From assembly GCA_963802945.1 (NCBI GenBank), contig CAWDKY010000030.1:32001-96000 (forward strand): a stretch of 64,000 bases of DNA, given 5' to 3'. The notes beneath the pieces are model-generated. The model was not told where the DNA came from. It did no database searches and saw only the letters and a list, made by a program, of their open reading frames with translations. A program made the translations under genes and the position numbers. The stretch's first letter is position 1. Each line of letters starts with the position of its first letter. Shown here piece by piece: positions 39,992-50,142 of this stretch. The DNA comes from an uncultured delta proteobacterium. GTDB lineage: Bacteria > Desulfobacterota > RBG-13-43-22.

Positions 39992-41329
39992 TGCAATCTT
40001 TACAAATTCTGGTTGTGGATGATGAGGTCAATATCCGTAAGACTTTATCGGTTTGCTTGGAGACCGAAGGCCACAAGGTTTTCGGTGTAAGCAATTTTCA
40101 GGATGCCCTGATTGAAGCCTCACACCGGTCTTTTGATCTGGCCTTTGTGGATTTGCGTCTCGGCACGGAGGACGGCCTCGATCTGATTCCGTCGTTACTG
40201 GCTGCATCGCCCTGGATCAAAATCATCGTCATCACAGCCTATGCCTCCATTGATACGGCCGTGGAGGCCATGCGACGCGGCGCTACGGACTATATTCCAA
40301 AACCTTTCACGCCCACCCAGGTAAAGCTGGCCGTCCAAAAAATGTTCCAAATACGCACCCTGGAACAGAAAGTGGCCGCCTTGCAGGAAGACCTGGGACG
40401 CTCCAACCCCGAGATAAAATTAGATAGTACCAGCCCGGTGATGCAGCGGGCGGTCAATCTGGCCCGGCAGGCTGCCCCTTCCGAGGCCACGATTCTTCTG
40501 CGTGGAGAAAGTGGAACCGGCAAGACCGTTCTGGCCAAGGCCATTCATGCCTGGAGCAACCGGGCGGCAAAACCCCTCGGCATCATTTCCTGCCCATCTT
40601 TTTCCTCGGAGTTGCTCGAAAGCGAGCTTATTCGGGCATGTCAAAGGGGCCTTCACCGGAGCCGTCCGTGACAACCCAGGTCGTATTGCCGCTTGCCAGG
40701 GCGGGACACTTCTTCTGGACGAGATCGGTGATTTGCCCTTGTCCCTTCAACCCAAGTTGCTGCGTTTTATCCAGGAAAGGGAATATGAACGGGTTGGGGA
40801 CTCTACCACTCGAAAAGCCGACGTGCGTCTTATTACAGCCACCAATTGGGATTTGGAAAAAGCGGTCAAGGAGGGCCGTTTTCGAGAAGATCTCTTTTTT
40901 CGACTCAATGTGATTCAGATCGAAATCCCTCCCTTGCGGGATCGTCCGGATGATGTGATTGCCATTGCCGAACAATTACTGATTTTCTATGGCCGGAGCA
41001 ATCATCGCTCTTTTTTAGGTTTTACTCCGGAAGCACTTCTTGCACTCAGGCAATACCCCTGGCCGGGCAATGTCCGGGAATTAAGCAATGTTATTGAGCG
41101 GGCGGCTATTTTTTGCCGAACCGAGCGTGTCGGTATCGAATGCCTTCCCGGAAACCTACTCCCGAACGAATCCCTGCCGACTATCGGTGATCCGTTTCCC
41201 CTGGAAAAAATCGAGGAACAACATATCCGAAGAATTCTGGCCTCCACCAAATCACTTCAGGAAGCCGCCGACATCCTGGGTATCGATCAAGCCACCCTCT
41301 GGCGTCGCCGTAAAAAATACGGAATCTGA
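39991..41329 (+). CDS. Sigma54-dependent response regulator (NtrC/AlgB-like), frameshift near 40630
   Basis: Receiver domain, GESGTGKT, ESEL/FGHVKGAFTGA, WPGNVREL, C-terminal HTH. Confidence 0.92.
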
Positions 41330-41399
41330 AAACCTGAGTCCCTTATTCTTGTAGGTTTGTCCAACCTATCGTAATATAGAGTGCCGTCGATACTTTCTT

Positions 41400-41549
41400 C
41401 TGGGTTTCATTCATGTTCTCAATAGCTGCTGAGGCTACTTTGGCTTTAAATTCGGGTGAGTGTTGTCGCTTTTTCTTGCTTATAGCTAGTTTCTTCCTTT
41501 GGTCTAACTCAAGGCTTATCAAATTGTCCAATTTTTGGAGATCACCTCA
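41400..41549 (-). mobile_element. IS3-family left-end remnant
   Basis: TGAGGTGATCTCCAAAAATTGGACA terminal-IR-like end, then KKKRQHSPEFKAKVA (OrfA-like), truncated. Confidence 0.7.
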
Positions 41550-41630
41550 ATTTAAATCTTTTAAAGTTAAAAGAAAAATATAAAAAAACCTTCCACCTTT
41601 ATATCTCAGCCCTCTTTATCCGACCCCCTT

Positions 41631-41699
41631 GAGATCATCCTGGTTGGAAACCCCAATGTGGGAAAAAGTGCGATCTTCAATTATCTGACCGGGGCCTAG
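41631..41699 (+). pseudogene. feoB N-terminal fragment
   Basis: EIILVGNPNVGKSAIFNYLTGA-stop is a FeoB G1 motif. Confidence 0.75.
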
Positions 41700-41753
41700 T
41701 AGAATCGGAATTGAATAAAAAAGGGGCGCTGGTTTCGCTGGATTGGAGATAAT

Positions 41754-43751
41754 TCATACTATGCGTGCGATCTGGAATACGAGTATCGCCATTGAGAAAG
41801 AAAGTAGGAGTTGATAAGCTATCGTGATGATTGGCCATCGCCATGTCTTGGTTTCATGTCGGATTGCCGCTACTGTGGCAATGCAAGGAATAAAAAGAAC
41901 CTGGACTACCAAAAAAGCTAATGCAGAGGCGGGTGTAAGCACAGTTCTTAACTGCTGTGCCAATCCAGTTCCTTGTCCACTGAGGAGTGTCCCTAGAGTA
42001 GCTATTGTGTTTTCCTTGGCTATAAAACTCGATAAGAGAGCTACCATCATTTGCCAGTTCAACCCCATCAGGCGTCCCACAGGCTCTATTAGCTTTCCAA
42101 TTTGAGATAGGATACTGGTATTGATATCTCCATGGGGAACAACCGATAATATCCAGACAATTATTGAAACAGCCAAGATTATTGTCCCGGCGCGTTTGAT
42201 AAACGCCATCGTATTTTGCCATGTCACCAATCCTATGATTCGCGGATTGGGCAAATGGTACAACGGCAACTCCATTAGCAACGCGCTGTCTTCACCACCA
42301 ACGACAAATCGGTTCATAATGAGCCCTGTGATGATGAGCATAATCAGGCTAAATATCACTAGCCCTATTGATACAAATATTGCCTGATGACCAAAGAAGG
42401 CGGCTGCAATCAGAGTAACGACTGCCATCCTGGCTGTGCAGGGAAGCAGTGGAACGAGAATAATTGTCAGAAGGCGAGACCTCGGCGAATCTATAATGCG
42501 TGTTCCCAGGATCGCTGGGACATTACAACCAAATCCTAAAGCCATCGGTAAGACTGATTTGCCATGAAGACCGAGCAGGTGCATGAATCTATCGGTTACA
42601 AAGGCAGCTCGTGCCATGTAGCCTACATCCTCCATAAATGCCCATGCTGCGAAAAATAGCATCAGTATGGGGATGAAAGTCATAACAGTGCCCACACCAC
42701 TCAATATACCGTTCGCTAATAGACTTCTAACCCAGGTTGGAATACTAAGGAGGGTCGTATTCACAAACTCGCGGCCACTCTCTATCAAATGTACCTCAAG
42801 GAAATTCTGTATTGGAATGCCGATGCTGTAAACAAACCCAAATATGAGACCCAATACCATCAAGAGAATGAATAAACCCGTTATCGGGTGAGTTGCGGCA
42901 CGATCAATTTTTTCTGTCAAGGAAACCCTGCCCAGCGGAGGTCTTTCCTGTGTCACGGTCATCATTTTCCCCACCCACTCAAAGCGAAGAGTGGCAATGG
43001 TCACGGCAGCAGATTCGTTCTCTCTAAGATAAGAAACGAGTGAAGACGATTGCCCTGGTGGTAAACGTCCCATAATCAGTTTGTTAATCTGTGTGTCGCC
43101 TTCGAGCAGCTTCATCGCTGTCCAGTGTTTCGGATAAGGTGCGGTAAGTGAGTCATCCAGTAGCTGCTCTACGTGATCTATCACTTTCTTTATGTCGCTG
43201 CCGTACTCAATATGTTTCATTTCACGTGAGCCCGGGAGTTGGCTATACTCTTGTTCGATGGTAGCTAACAGTTCATCGAGTCCCTGGTTCTTCCTTGCGG
43301 TAATCGGAATTACAGGTATGTTTAATCCTTCTGCCAGCGCTTTGGCGTCAATCTTCATACCCTGTTGTTGGGCAACGTCCATCATATTAAGGGCAATGAT
43401 CAGGCGTGGTGACAACTCAATAAGTTCGGCGACAAGATACAAATTCCGCTCCAAACTGGCGGCATTGAGTATAGCAACCACAACATCCGGTTTTTCCTTT
43501 ACCAGATAGTCCCTGGCAATTTGCTCTTCAGCGGAGTTAGCCGTTAAACTATATGTGCCTGGCAAATCAACAATATTCATTGTCAAATTGCCGCGGCGCA
43601 GCACGCCAGTTTTTTGCTCAACTGTTTTCCCCGGCCAGTTACCAACATGCTGTGAAAGTCCGGTCAACAGATTGAATACTGTGCTTTTACCTGTGTTGGG
43701 GGCTCCAGCGAGAGCCACCACAATTCTCTTTTCATTTATTTTTTCTATCAT
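41754..43751 (-). CDS. feoB: Ferrous iron/Mn transporter FeoB
   Basis: GAPNTGKS, GNWPGKTVE, DLPG, GFGCNVP, AKEN. Confidence 0.96.
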   Translation of the reverse strand: MIEKINEKRIVVALAGAPNTGKSTVFNLLTGLSQHVGNWPGKTVEQKTGVLRRGNLTMNIVDLPGTYSLTANSAEEQIARDYLVKEKPDVVVAILNAASLERNLYLVAELIELSPRLIIALNMMDVAQQQGMKIDAKALAEGLNIPVIPITARKNQGLDELLATIEQEYSQLPGSREMKHIEYGSDIKKVIDHVEQLLDDSLTAPYPKHWTAMKLLEGDTQINKLIMGRLPPGQSSSLVSYLRENESAAVTIATLRFEWVGKMMTVTQERPPLGRVSLTEKIDRAATHPITGLFILLMVLGLIFGFVYSIGIPIQNFLEVHLIESGREFVNTTLLSIPTWVRSLLANGILSGVGTVMTFIPILMLFFAAWAFMEDVGYMARAAFVTDRFMHLLGLHGKSVLPMALGFGCNVPAILGTRIIDSPRSRLLTIILVPLLPCTARMAVVTLIAAAFFGHQAIFVSIGLVIFSLIMLIITGLIMNRFVVGGEDSALLMELPLYHLPNPRIIGLVTWQNTMAFIKRAGTIILAVSIIVWILSVVPHGDINTSILSQIGKLIEPVGRLMGLNWQMMVALLSSFIAKENTIATLGTLLSGQGTGLAQQLRTVLTPASALAFLVVQVLFIPCIATVAAIRHETKTWRWPIITIAYQLLLSFSMAILVFQIARIV

Positions 43752-44659
43752 GCTTTTTCGTTCCGGGTAACAGTAATGTGCTCAGCCAGATCTCGCCCCA
43801 AAGCTATTTCCGTATCATGCACCTTGACCAAAACCGGACCACTATTGAAGTTCTCTAGCATCTTAACCACACTGCCGGGCGTAAAACCCAGAGAAAGACA
43901 GCGCCCCAGCAGACTACGTTCACCCGTATATTCTTTTAAGATTCCCGAATGTCCGGGAATAAGTTTGCTTAGAGGTGTTTCCTCTTTAACGGCCTCTGTT
44001 CGACGGATGGTGACTGGTTTTGCCTGAAGAACTGCGGCCAGCTTCGCGCTTAGTCGGATTCTTTTCTTGCCAGCTTCCAATTCAAGTGAACCATCTTCAT
44101 TCTTCTTTAATATTGTTACCACAACTTGTGGCTTTAACCCTTTTTTTTCTACATCCCTGAGTAATACGGAATCACCCTCGTCAATGGCAAGAATATTCAC
44201 CCGTTGAAGTGCCTGGAAACTTGTAAGAGGTAAGGCTTTTTCCTCCTTAACGTTGCCTTTTTTATCAGGAATAGAGTGCCCATGAGGACAGGTATCGGTG
44301 TCGCCTAGAATGACGGCTAATCTTTCTTCAACTTCTGGAACATCGACGTGTTCCAACTTACAGGCTGCCTCATGTACCTTATCCCATTTCATGCCAAGGA
44401 CATCTGTTAGAAATCTCTCCCACAACCGATGCCGGCGTATTACTCCAAGCGCTTTCTCCACGCCAAGATCGGTTAGCGTAGCGCCTTTACTTGATTGATA
44501 GTCAATCAATCCTTTGCTTTCAAGATTTTTCAGCATATCCGAAACTGCAGGTTGGGATACTCCCAAATCTCTGGCCAAAAAAGAGGTAGAGGCCGGCTCT
44601 CCCTTGCTTTGCTCCTTGTATATAGCCTCCAGATATTCTTCGGTTCTTTCACTATCCAT
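43748..44659 (-). CDS. DtxR/MntR-family regulator with two C-terminal FeoA-like domains
   Basis: EEYLEAIY, RRHRLWERFL, EAACKLEH, CPHG; terminal LSLGFTPG...IALGR. Confidence 0.9.
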   Translation of the reverse strand: MDSERTEEYLEAIYKEQSKGEPASTSFLARDLGVSQPAVSDMLKNLESKGLIDYQSSKGATLTDLGVEKALGVIRRHRLWERFLTDVLGMKWDKVHEAACKLEHVDVPEVEERLAVILGDTDTCPHGHSIPDKKGNVKEEKALPLTSFQALQRVNILAIDEGDSVLLRDVEKKGLKPQVVVTILKKNEDGSLELEAGKKRIRLSAKLAAVLQAKPVTIRRTEAVKEETPLSKLIPGHSGILKEYTGERSLLGRCLSLGFTPGSVVKMLENFNSGPVLVKVHDTEIALGRDLAEHITVTRNEKA

Positions 44660-44670
44660 TGAAGCCTCCA

Positions 44671-44692
44671 ATAATTAAGTTGGCTTAATTAT
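44671..44692. promoter_or_regulatory. DtxR-family operator palindrome
   Basis: ATAATTAAG-TTGG-CTTAATTAT overlaps the -10 and abuts the RBS of the regulator. Confidence 0.75.
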
Positions 44693-45179
44693 CGCATAGT
44701 TGTTATTTTTAAGCAAGAAGTATTTTTAATCACCTTTCAATGTTTTTCTCAAAAGTGCTGGGCAACACATTGAATATCGCTAACTTATGGACTAGAATTT
44801 AAGGTATGAGTGAGGCAAGCCACAAAGTTGACTATGGGAACTGGGTATCTGGGTATCAAAGAAGCTCTTTTATGTTTCCGCCTTATTGGCGATCATATTC
44901 TTAGGTTTATCTTTTTGTCGTTGTTATTCTTAGTCGGTACATTCCTCTTTTTAATACCCACAGCCTATTTTATCTATGATTATTTCCAGTTCTCACCCAG
45001 AGGTGACAATCTCCAGGACAATATAAGGGATTTGGCATTTAATCGGCTGGGTTGGCAAGGAAAGAAAAATACAGGGTCAAGGTAAAAGCAAGGCATTAGG
45101 TTTGGGTGGGGGCATCTGCTAGATCAAATCGCAGTCGGTACAGGTTATTTCATTCGCGGAAAATCTGACGAAAAAGGAC

Positions 45180-45396
45180 TTGACACAGACACACCGGAGG
45201 TTGTATTAAGAAAATGCTGCTATAGAGGAAACGCAGAAACACTAAGAAGGTGCTCGTAGCACTGTGTAGCTTTTTTAACTTGAACCTATTGTTTTTTGGG
45301 GTTCAAGGGTCCCGTTTTTCTGTTTTATAAAGTCAATGAGGCCATGAAGGCCCTCAAGCCGCATGAATGCGGAGTGGGCGTTCGTGGTTTTTTTTT
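45180..45396 (+). promoter_or_regulatory. Promoter plus structured leader (ANGAA hairpins, intrinsic terminator)
   Basis: TTGACA 45180; CACT-AAGAA-GGTG 45240-45252; GGCC-ATGAA-GGCC 45340-45352, whose strand also pairs with 45376-45389 before a T-run. Confidence 0.7.
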
Positions 45397-45505
45397 GCGC
45401 AAAGCCGTACCGAAACTACCCGCCCCTTCTGTTTTAATTTATTACGAAAGTCGCAAAATCAAATTTCATATCTTACTTCATTAATTTCAATAGGAAGGAG
45501 ATTAT

Positions 45506-47656
45506 ATGGTGAAGATTGCCCTCTTAATTTGCGCCTGGGTCATTCTGACGTTCTTCTCTGTTTGCGTGTGGGCGGCGGACACGGACAGCAGTGCGCCACC
45601 AGCGGAAATATCCTCACCTGCTACAGGTGAGATTCCAAAGGGCGCTGTTCAATCGTTAGTGTTGCCCGAGATAGTAGTTGAGGGGCGAAGCGACAACATG
45701 CTCGGCATCAGTGATACTTCTACTCAGGGCACGATTGGCGCCCAACAACTGGAAGAGCGGCCCATCTCCCGTCCCGGAGAAGTGCTCGAGACCATGCCCG
45801 GAGTCATCGTCACTCAGCATAGCGGCGACGGAAAGGCTAACCAGTATTTTCTCCGCGGCTTCAATCTCGACCACGGCACGGACCTGGCCAGCTTTTTCAA
45901 CGGCATTCCGATCAACTTGCCTTCGAACGCTCATGGCGAGGGCTACACGGACCTCAATTTTCTCATTCCCGAACTGATCAAGAAGATAGACTACGGAAAA
46001 GGGCCAAACTTCGCCAACGTGGGGGACTTCGGCTCTGCCGGCTGGGAAAATATTCAAACCTTTCAGACCCTTCCTGCCGGCCTGGCAAAGATTGAATGGG
46101 GCAGTTGGAATTATGAGCGCGGCCTGTTGGCCGATTCGACCAAGGTCGGCCAGGGCAATCTCCTCGGCGCCCTTGAATGGATGCACACCGACGGACCTTG
46201 GGACGTGCCTGAGAATTATGTGAAATTAAATGGAATAGTAACCTACAGCCAGGGGGACACAAGTCAGGGCTTCAGCGCAACGCTAATGGGCTATCACGGC
46301 ACATGGAATGCGACCAACCAAATCCCGGAGCGAGCGGTCGCCGAGGGGCTCATCGATCGTTTCGGAAACCTGAACCCGACTGATGGAGGTCTAACTGACC
46401 GCTACACCCTGTCAGCCGAATATCATCAAGCCGACGATCACTCGGCTACCAAGATCCTGGGATATGTGTATTACTATAACATGGGGCTCTGGAATGACTT
46501 CACCTTCTTCCTGGATGATCCCGTCCATGGGGACCAGTTTGAGCAAAAGGATACACGATGGGTGCAGGGAGTGAGAGCAAGCCGGACATGGTTCGGCAAC
46601 TGGTGCGGCCTGACAATGCAAAACACTATCGGATTCGACATTCGAAACGACGTGATTCACGACAGCCTGTTGCACACCGAGAACCGGATAGTGCTGTCCA
46701 CAACTCGTGCGGATGATATCGTGGAAACGGACCTGGCCCCCTACTTTGAGAACAAGATTAATTGGCTGCCATGGTTTCGCACCGTTGCGGGCTTTCGCCT
46801 AGATTTCATTAATTTCAACAACAAGAACCTTTTCACCTATTATACCAATGGCCCCAACCCCGCTGACAGCGGAAACCAGTTCGCCTACACTCCCGAACCT
46901 AAGCTGTCTTTGATCTTCGGCCCATGGGCCAAGACGGAGTTCTACCTGAACGGTGCCATGGGCTTCCACACCGACGACGCGCGGGGTATAAATACTACTC
47001 AAGATCCGACCACCGGCGCGCCGGTGCAAAGGGCCTTACCGATAGCGCAAACGTTGGGTGCAGAGGTTGGCGTGCGCACTCTGGCTATCCCAAACCTCCA
47101 AAGCACATTGACGCTCTGGGTGCTGAGGCTGCAATCCGAACTAATCTTTGACGGGGATACAGGTACGACCGAAGCCAGTCCTTACCCCGATCTTCGCAAA
47201 GGGGTGGAATGGGCAAACTACTACACCCCGACCAAATGGCTGACGATCGACGCCGATTTTGCCGACTCCTCAGCGCATTACTTAGGCAATCCGGTGGGGG
47301 GCGATTATGTCCCCGAAGCGGCCAGCCTAATTATTTCCTCCGCCATCACGGTGCATGACCTAAAAGGCTGGACTGCCAGCCTGCGGTGGCGATATTTTGG
47401 ACCTCGCGCCTTGACCCAGGACAATAGCGAACGCTCCCCCAGCACCAGCCTGCTATATTTCCACCTTGGCTACAAAATCAACAAAAACTGGTTGATTGAG
47501 GGAGATATCTTCAATCTCCTCGATGCGAAAGCCGACGATATAACCTACTATTACACCTCCCGGCTGCCAGGAGAGCCGGCTGCTGGTGTAAATGACTTCA
47601 TGTTCCACGCGGCCGAGCCGCGCACCTTCCGCGTTGCACTGACGTACCATTTTTAG
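45506..47656 (+). CDS. TonB-dependent receptor
   Basis: Signal peptide, EIVVEG TonB box, plug HSGDGKANQYFLRGF, FNLLD...PRTFRVALTYHF. Confidence 0.93.
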   Translation: MVKIALLICAWVILTFFSVCVWAADTDSSAPPAEISSPATGEIPKGAVQSLVLPEIVVEGRSDNMLGISDTSTQGTIGAQQLEERPISRPGEVLETMPGVIVTQHSGDGKANQYFLRGFNLDHGTDLASFFNGIPINLPSNAHGEGYTDLNFLIPELIKKIDYGKGPNFANVGDFGSAGWENIQTFQTLPAGLAKIEWGSWNYERGLLADSTKVGQGNLLGALEWMHTDGPWDVPENYVKLNGIVTYSQGDTSQGFSATLMGYHGTWNATNQIPERAVAEGLIDRFGNLNPTDGGLTDRYTLSAEYHQADDHSATKILGYVYYYNMGLWNDFTFFLDDPVHGDQFEQKDTRWVQGVRASRTWFGNWCGLTMQNTIGFDIRNDVIHDSLLHTENRIVLSTTRADDIVETDLAPYFENKINWLPWFRTVAGFRLDFINFNNKNLFTYYTNGPNPADSGNQFAYTPEPKLSLIFGPWAKTEFYLNGAMGFHTDDARGINTTQDPTTGAPVQRALPIAQTLGAEVGVRTLAIPNLQSTLTLWVLRLQSELIFDGDTGTTEASPYPDLRKGVEWANYYTPTKWLTIDADFADSSAHYLGNPVGGDYVPEAASLIISSAITVHDLKGWTASLRWRYFGPRALTQDNSERSPSTSLLYFHLGYKINKNWLIEGDIFNLLDAKADDITYYYTSRLPGEPAAGVNDFMFHAAEPRTFRVALTYHF

Positions 47657-47746
47657 TAACTTTAGGCATGATGGAACGGTATCCTTTCCCGTCCACTCTT
47701 AGTCAGTGGTATGCTGATGAAGCTTTAATAAGAATTTGGTAAGGGA

Positions 47747-48493
47747 CTATGACTCCAAGCGATAAATGATGGGAATAACCAGCCGAGCCTCACCAGGCGG
47801 CTTTGGGAAGGGGGCGGTGTCCTTAACGGTCTCTATGGCACTCTTATCCAGTATGGTAAAACCTGAACTTTGAATGATCTTGAATTCTCTGACGGATCCG
47901 TCTGCCGTAATGATAAAGGAAAGAAGGACTTTCCCTTGCCAGCCCATGCGCCGTGCCATGTCAGGGTAGTTGATGTTCCTGAGAATTTTATCTCGAATAT
48001 AGGCAAAGTGACTTTTTAAATATTTTGCCTTAGCCGATTCGTTCCCACCATCCGAATTTCCCAGGCCTGAGCCTGTTCCCGACCCCTCTTTTGACCCTCC
48101 GGGGGTTCCAGGGGATCCCTCTTTGATAGACTTTGAACCGGTCACCATTCCAAGGCCAAGAGAACTGCCTCCTGGGTCTTGGGCTTCCGGGAGTTTCACC
48201 ACTGCTGGAATTTCCGGGGAGGGTGATAGATTGGGCCTTTCTTCCGGCAATCTGGGAGGTTCTTTTTCCTTTAAGGCCTGACGGGCCTTGGGCTTAATCG
48301 GTTTTGTTTTTATAGCAGGCGTTGGAGCCTGCGGTTCGACCTTTTTGGCATGGAATTCCGGTTTACGCAAATTGAAATCCAATACCGTCAACTTTTTAGA
48401 TTGACCGATGAAGATGCTTAGAATGATGACAACGACAAGAATCAGGCTGTGAAGCAGAAAGGATATTTGGAAGGCCCTGGTCTGGTAATTCAC
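47747..48493 (-). CDS. tonB: Energy transducer TonB
   Basis: SFLLH TM motif, Pro-rich linker, YPDMARRMGWQGKV, SSG..LD. Confidence 0.92.
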   Translation of the reverse strand: MNYQTRAFQISFLLHSLILVVVIILSIFIGQSKKLTVLDFNLRKPEFHAKKVEPQAPTPAIKTKPIKPKARQALKEKEPPRLPEERPNLSPSPEIPAVVKLPEAQDPGGSSLGLGMVTGSKSIKEGSPGTPGGSKEGSGTGSGLGNSDGGNESAKAKYLKSHFAYIRDKILRNINYPDMARRMGWQGKVLLSFIITADGSVREFKIIQSSGFTILDKSAIETVKDTAPFPKPPGEARLVIPIIYRLES

Positions 48494-48870
48494 GGTCCTT
48501 CCTCGGTCTGGAGACTGATGCGGGAAAAATCCAAGCCCTTGAGGACATCCAGGACACTGACGAAGTTCTGCAGGATGATGCTGCGGTCGGCCCTAATCAA
48601 AACAGGGACTTTCTTGTTCAGGGAACTCAGGTCGGTTTTCAACTCTTCCAAAGATACGGGTTTGGAATTCAAATAGATCTTTCCGGCCCGGTCGATTTCA
48701 ATGGTCTGGGTTTTCAGGATTTCCCCTGCGCTTCGATGGGCTTTGGGCAGATCCATGGGAATCATACCGCTGGCGATAAAGGAAGAGGTGGTGAGCACAA
48801 TGGTCAGGAGGACCAGCATGACATCCACTAGGGGAATGACATTGATATAATCAAACTCCTTTTCTTCCAC
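48490..48870 (-). CDS. exbD: ExbD
   Basis: INVIPLVDVMLVLL, IRAD. Confidence 0.95.
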   Translation of the reverse strand: MEEKEFDYINVIPLVDVMLVLLTIVLTTSSFIASGMIPMDLPKAHRSAGEILKTQTIEIDRAGKIYLNSKPVSLEELKTDLSSLNKKVPVLIRADRSIILQNFVSVLDVLKGLDFSRISLQTEEGP

Positions 48871-49285
48871 GTTCGATCTCCCAGTTCATAAGCAGGACTT
48901 TAACTTTTCTAAGCAGAAAATTGTATAACGAGACGGAGGGAATGGCCACCAGAAGGCCGATGGCCGTGGCCTTCAAGGCCAGGGCCAGACCGACCATGAT
49001 CTTGCCCGTGTCCATAAAACCCTCTTGCCCGATCATATAAAAAGTCAGCATGATACCCAGGACCGTTCCCAACAGACCGATATAGGGGGCATTGCTGCCT
49101 ATGGTGGCGATGAGATGGATTTTTTTGGTGAGTTCCAACTCCAGGCTCTTTTGGTCCGGGAAGGCCTCCAGTTTTATATGTTTATAGACATGAAACCTTT
49201 CGATGGCAATCCCTACGGCCATCATACTTAAGAGGATCAAAAATCCTATGATCCCATAATCGACAACAACTTTAAGCCATTCCAT
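48851..49285 (-). CDS. exbB: ExbB (short type)
   Basis: APYIGLLGTVLGI, ALKATAIGLLVAIP. Confidence 0.93.
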   Translation of the reverse strand: MEWLKVVVDYGIIGFLILLSMMAVGIAIERFHVYKHIKLEAFPDQKSLELELTKKIHLIATIGSNAPYIGLLGTVLGIMLTFYMIGQEGFMDTGKIMVGLALALKATAIGLLVAIPSVSLYNFLLRKVKVLLMNWEIERGRKGV

Positions 49286-49379
49286 TTTTTCTCCTACTCG
49301 ATTTCAGCAAGACTCTGAGACCGAAAATGGCCAGAGTGAAGCTTATTCTACGGAAGTCTTTGTATATTTGGCCAACGAT

Positions 49380-50141
49380 TTACCTTTCTATTGAGAGCGG
49401 TACAATAAGAAGAACACCATTGATCTCGGTTACCATCACCTCCATGTTAAAGGCCTGTTTGATGATCTCGGGGGTGATCACCGATCGGTCACCGTGAGCG
49501 TAAACTCGTCCTTCTTTGAGGATGAAAAAACCATCGGAAAACCTCAGGGCCGTATTCAAATCGTGCATTACAGAAATGGTGATGAGACCGAGTCTCTTAG
49601 TAATGTCCTTTAGGAGATTCATGATTTCAAACTGATTTTTCATGTCGAGATGGTTGATGGGCTCATCCAGAAGCAAAACCTTCGGTTCTTGGGCGAGAGC
49701 CCTGGCAATAATCACTTTCTGAAGTTCCCCGCCGCTCAGTTCTGTAGTAAATCGCATGGCGTACCCCTCAAGCCCTGTAAGTCTGAGCATATTGCGGGTT
49801 ACTTCCAAATCAAGCTCATTGATATCCCAATCAATGTGAGGTCTTCGGCCAAGAAGGACGGCATCGAAAACGGTACAATGAACGCCGTTGGACTTCTGAG
49901 GCATATAGCCCATGGTCTTGGCGATTTGTTTCCGACTCATGGCCTCAACGTTTTGTTGGTCTATAAAAATGGTCCCTCGATGGGGAACGAGGATCCTGTT
50001 CATGGTCTTAAGTAGGGTTGTTTTCCCTGAGCCGTTGACACCAAGCACCGAAACCAGGTCCCCAGCCTTAAGCTGAAAGGTAATATCTCTCAGGACTTCC
50101 CTGGAACCATAGGAAAAGGCAATGCCATCCAAGACCAGCAT
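49380..50141 (-). CDS. FecE/BtuD-type ABC ATPase
   Basis: GVNGSGKT, LSGGELQ, HDLN. Confidence 0.92.
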   Translation of the reverse strand: MLVLDGIAFSYGSREVLRDITFQLKAGDLVSVLGVNGSGKTTLLKTMNRILVPHRGTIFIDQQNVEAMSRKQIAKTMGYMPQKSNGVHCTVFDAVLLGRRPHIDWDINELDLEVTRNMLRLTGLEGYAMRFTTELSGGELQKVIIARALAQEPKVLLLDEPINHLDMKNQFEIMNLLKDITKRLGLITISVMHDLNTALRFSDGFFILKEGRVYAHGDRSVITPEIIKQAFNMEVMVTEINGVLLIVPLSIER

Positions 50142-50142
50142 G

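Noticed and set aside
44810-45085. 91-aa ORF with one hydrophobic stretch
   Set aside because: GTG start, weak RBS, no motif; cannot support
45180-45396. Cobalamin, Moco or NiCo riboswitch, or canonical ANTAR site
   Set aside because: No B12 box or other consensus seen; loops are 5-nt ANGAA rather than ANTAR hexaloops
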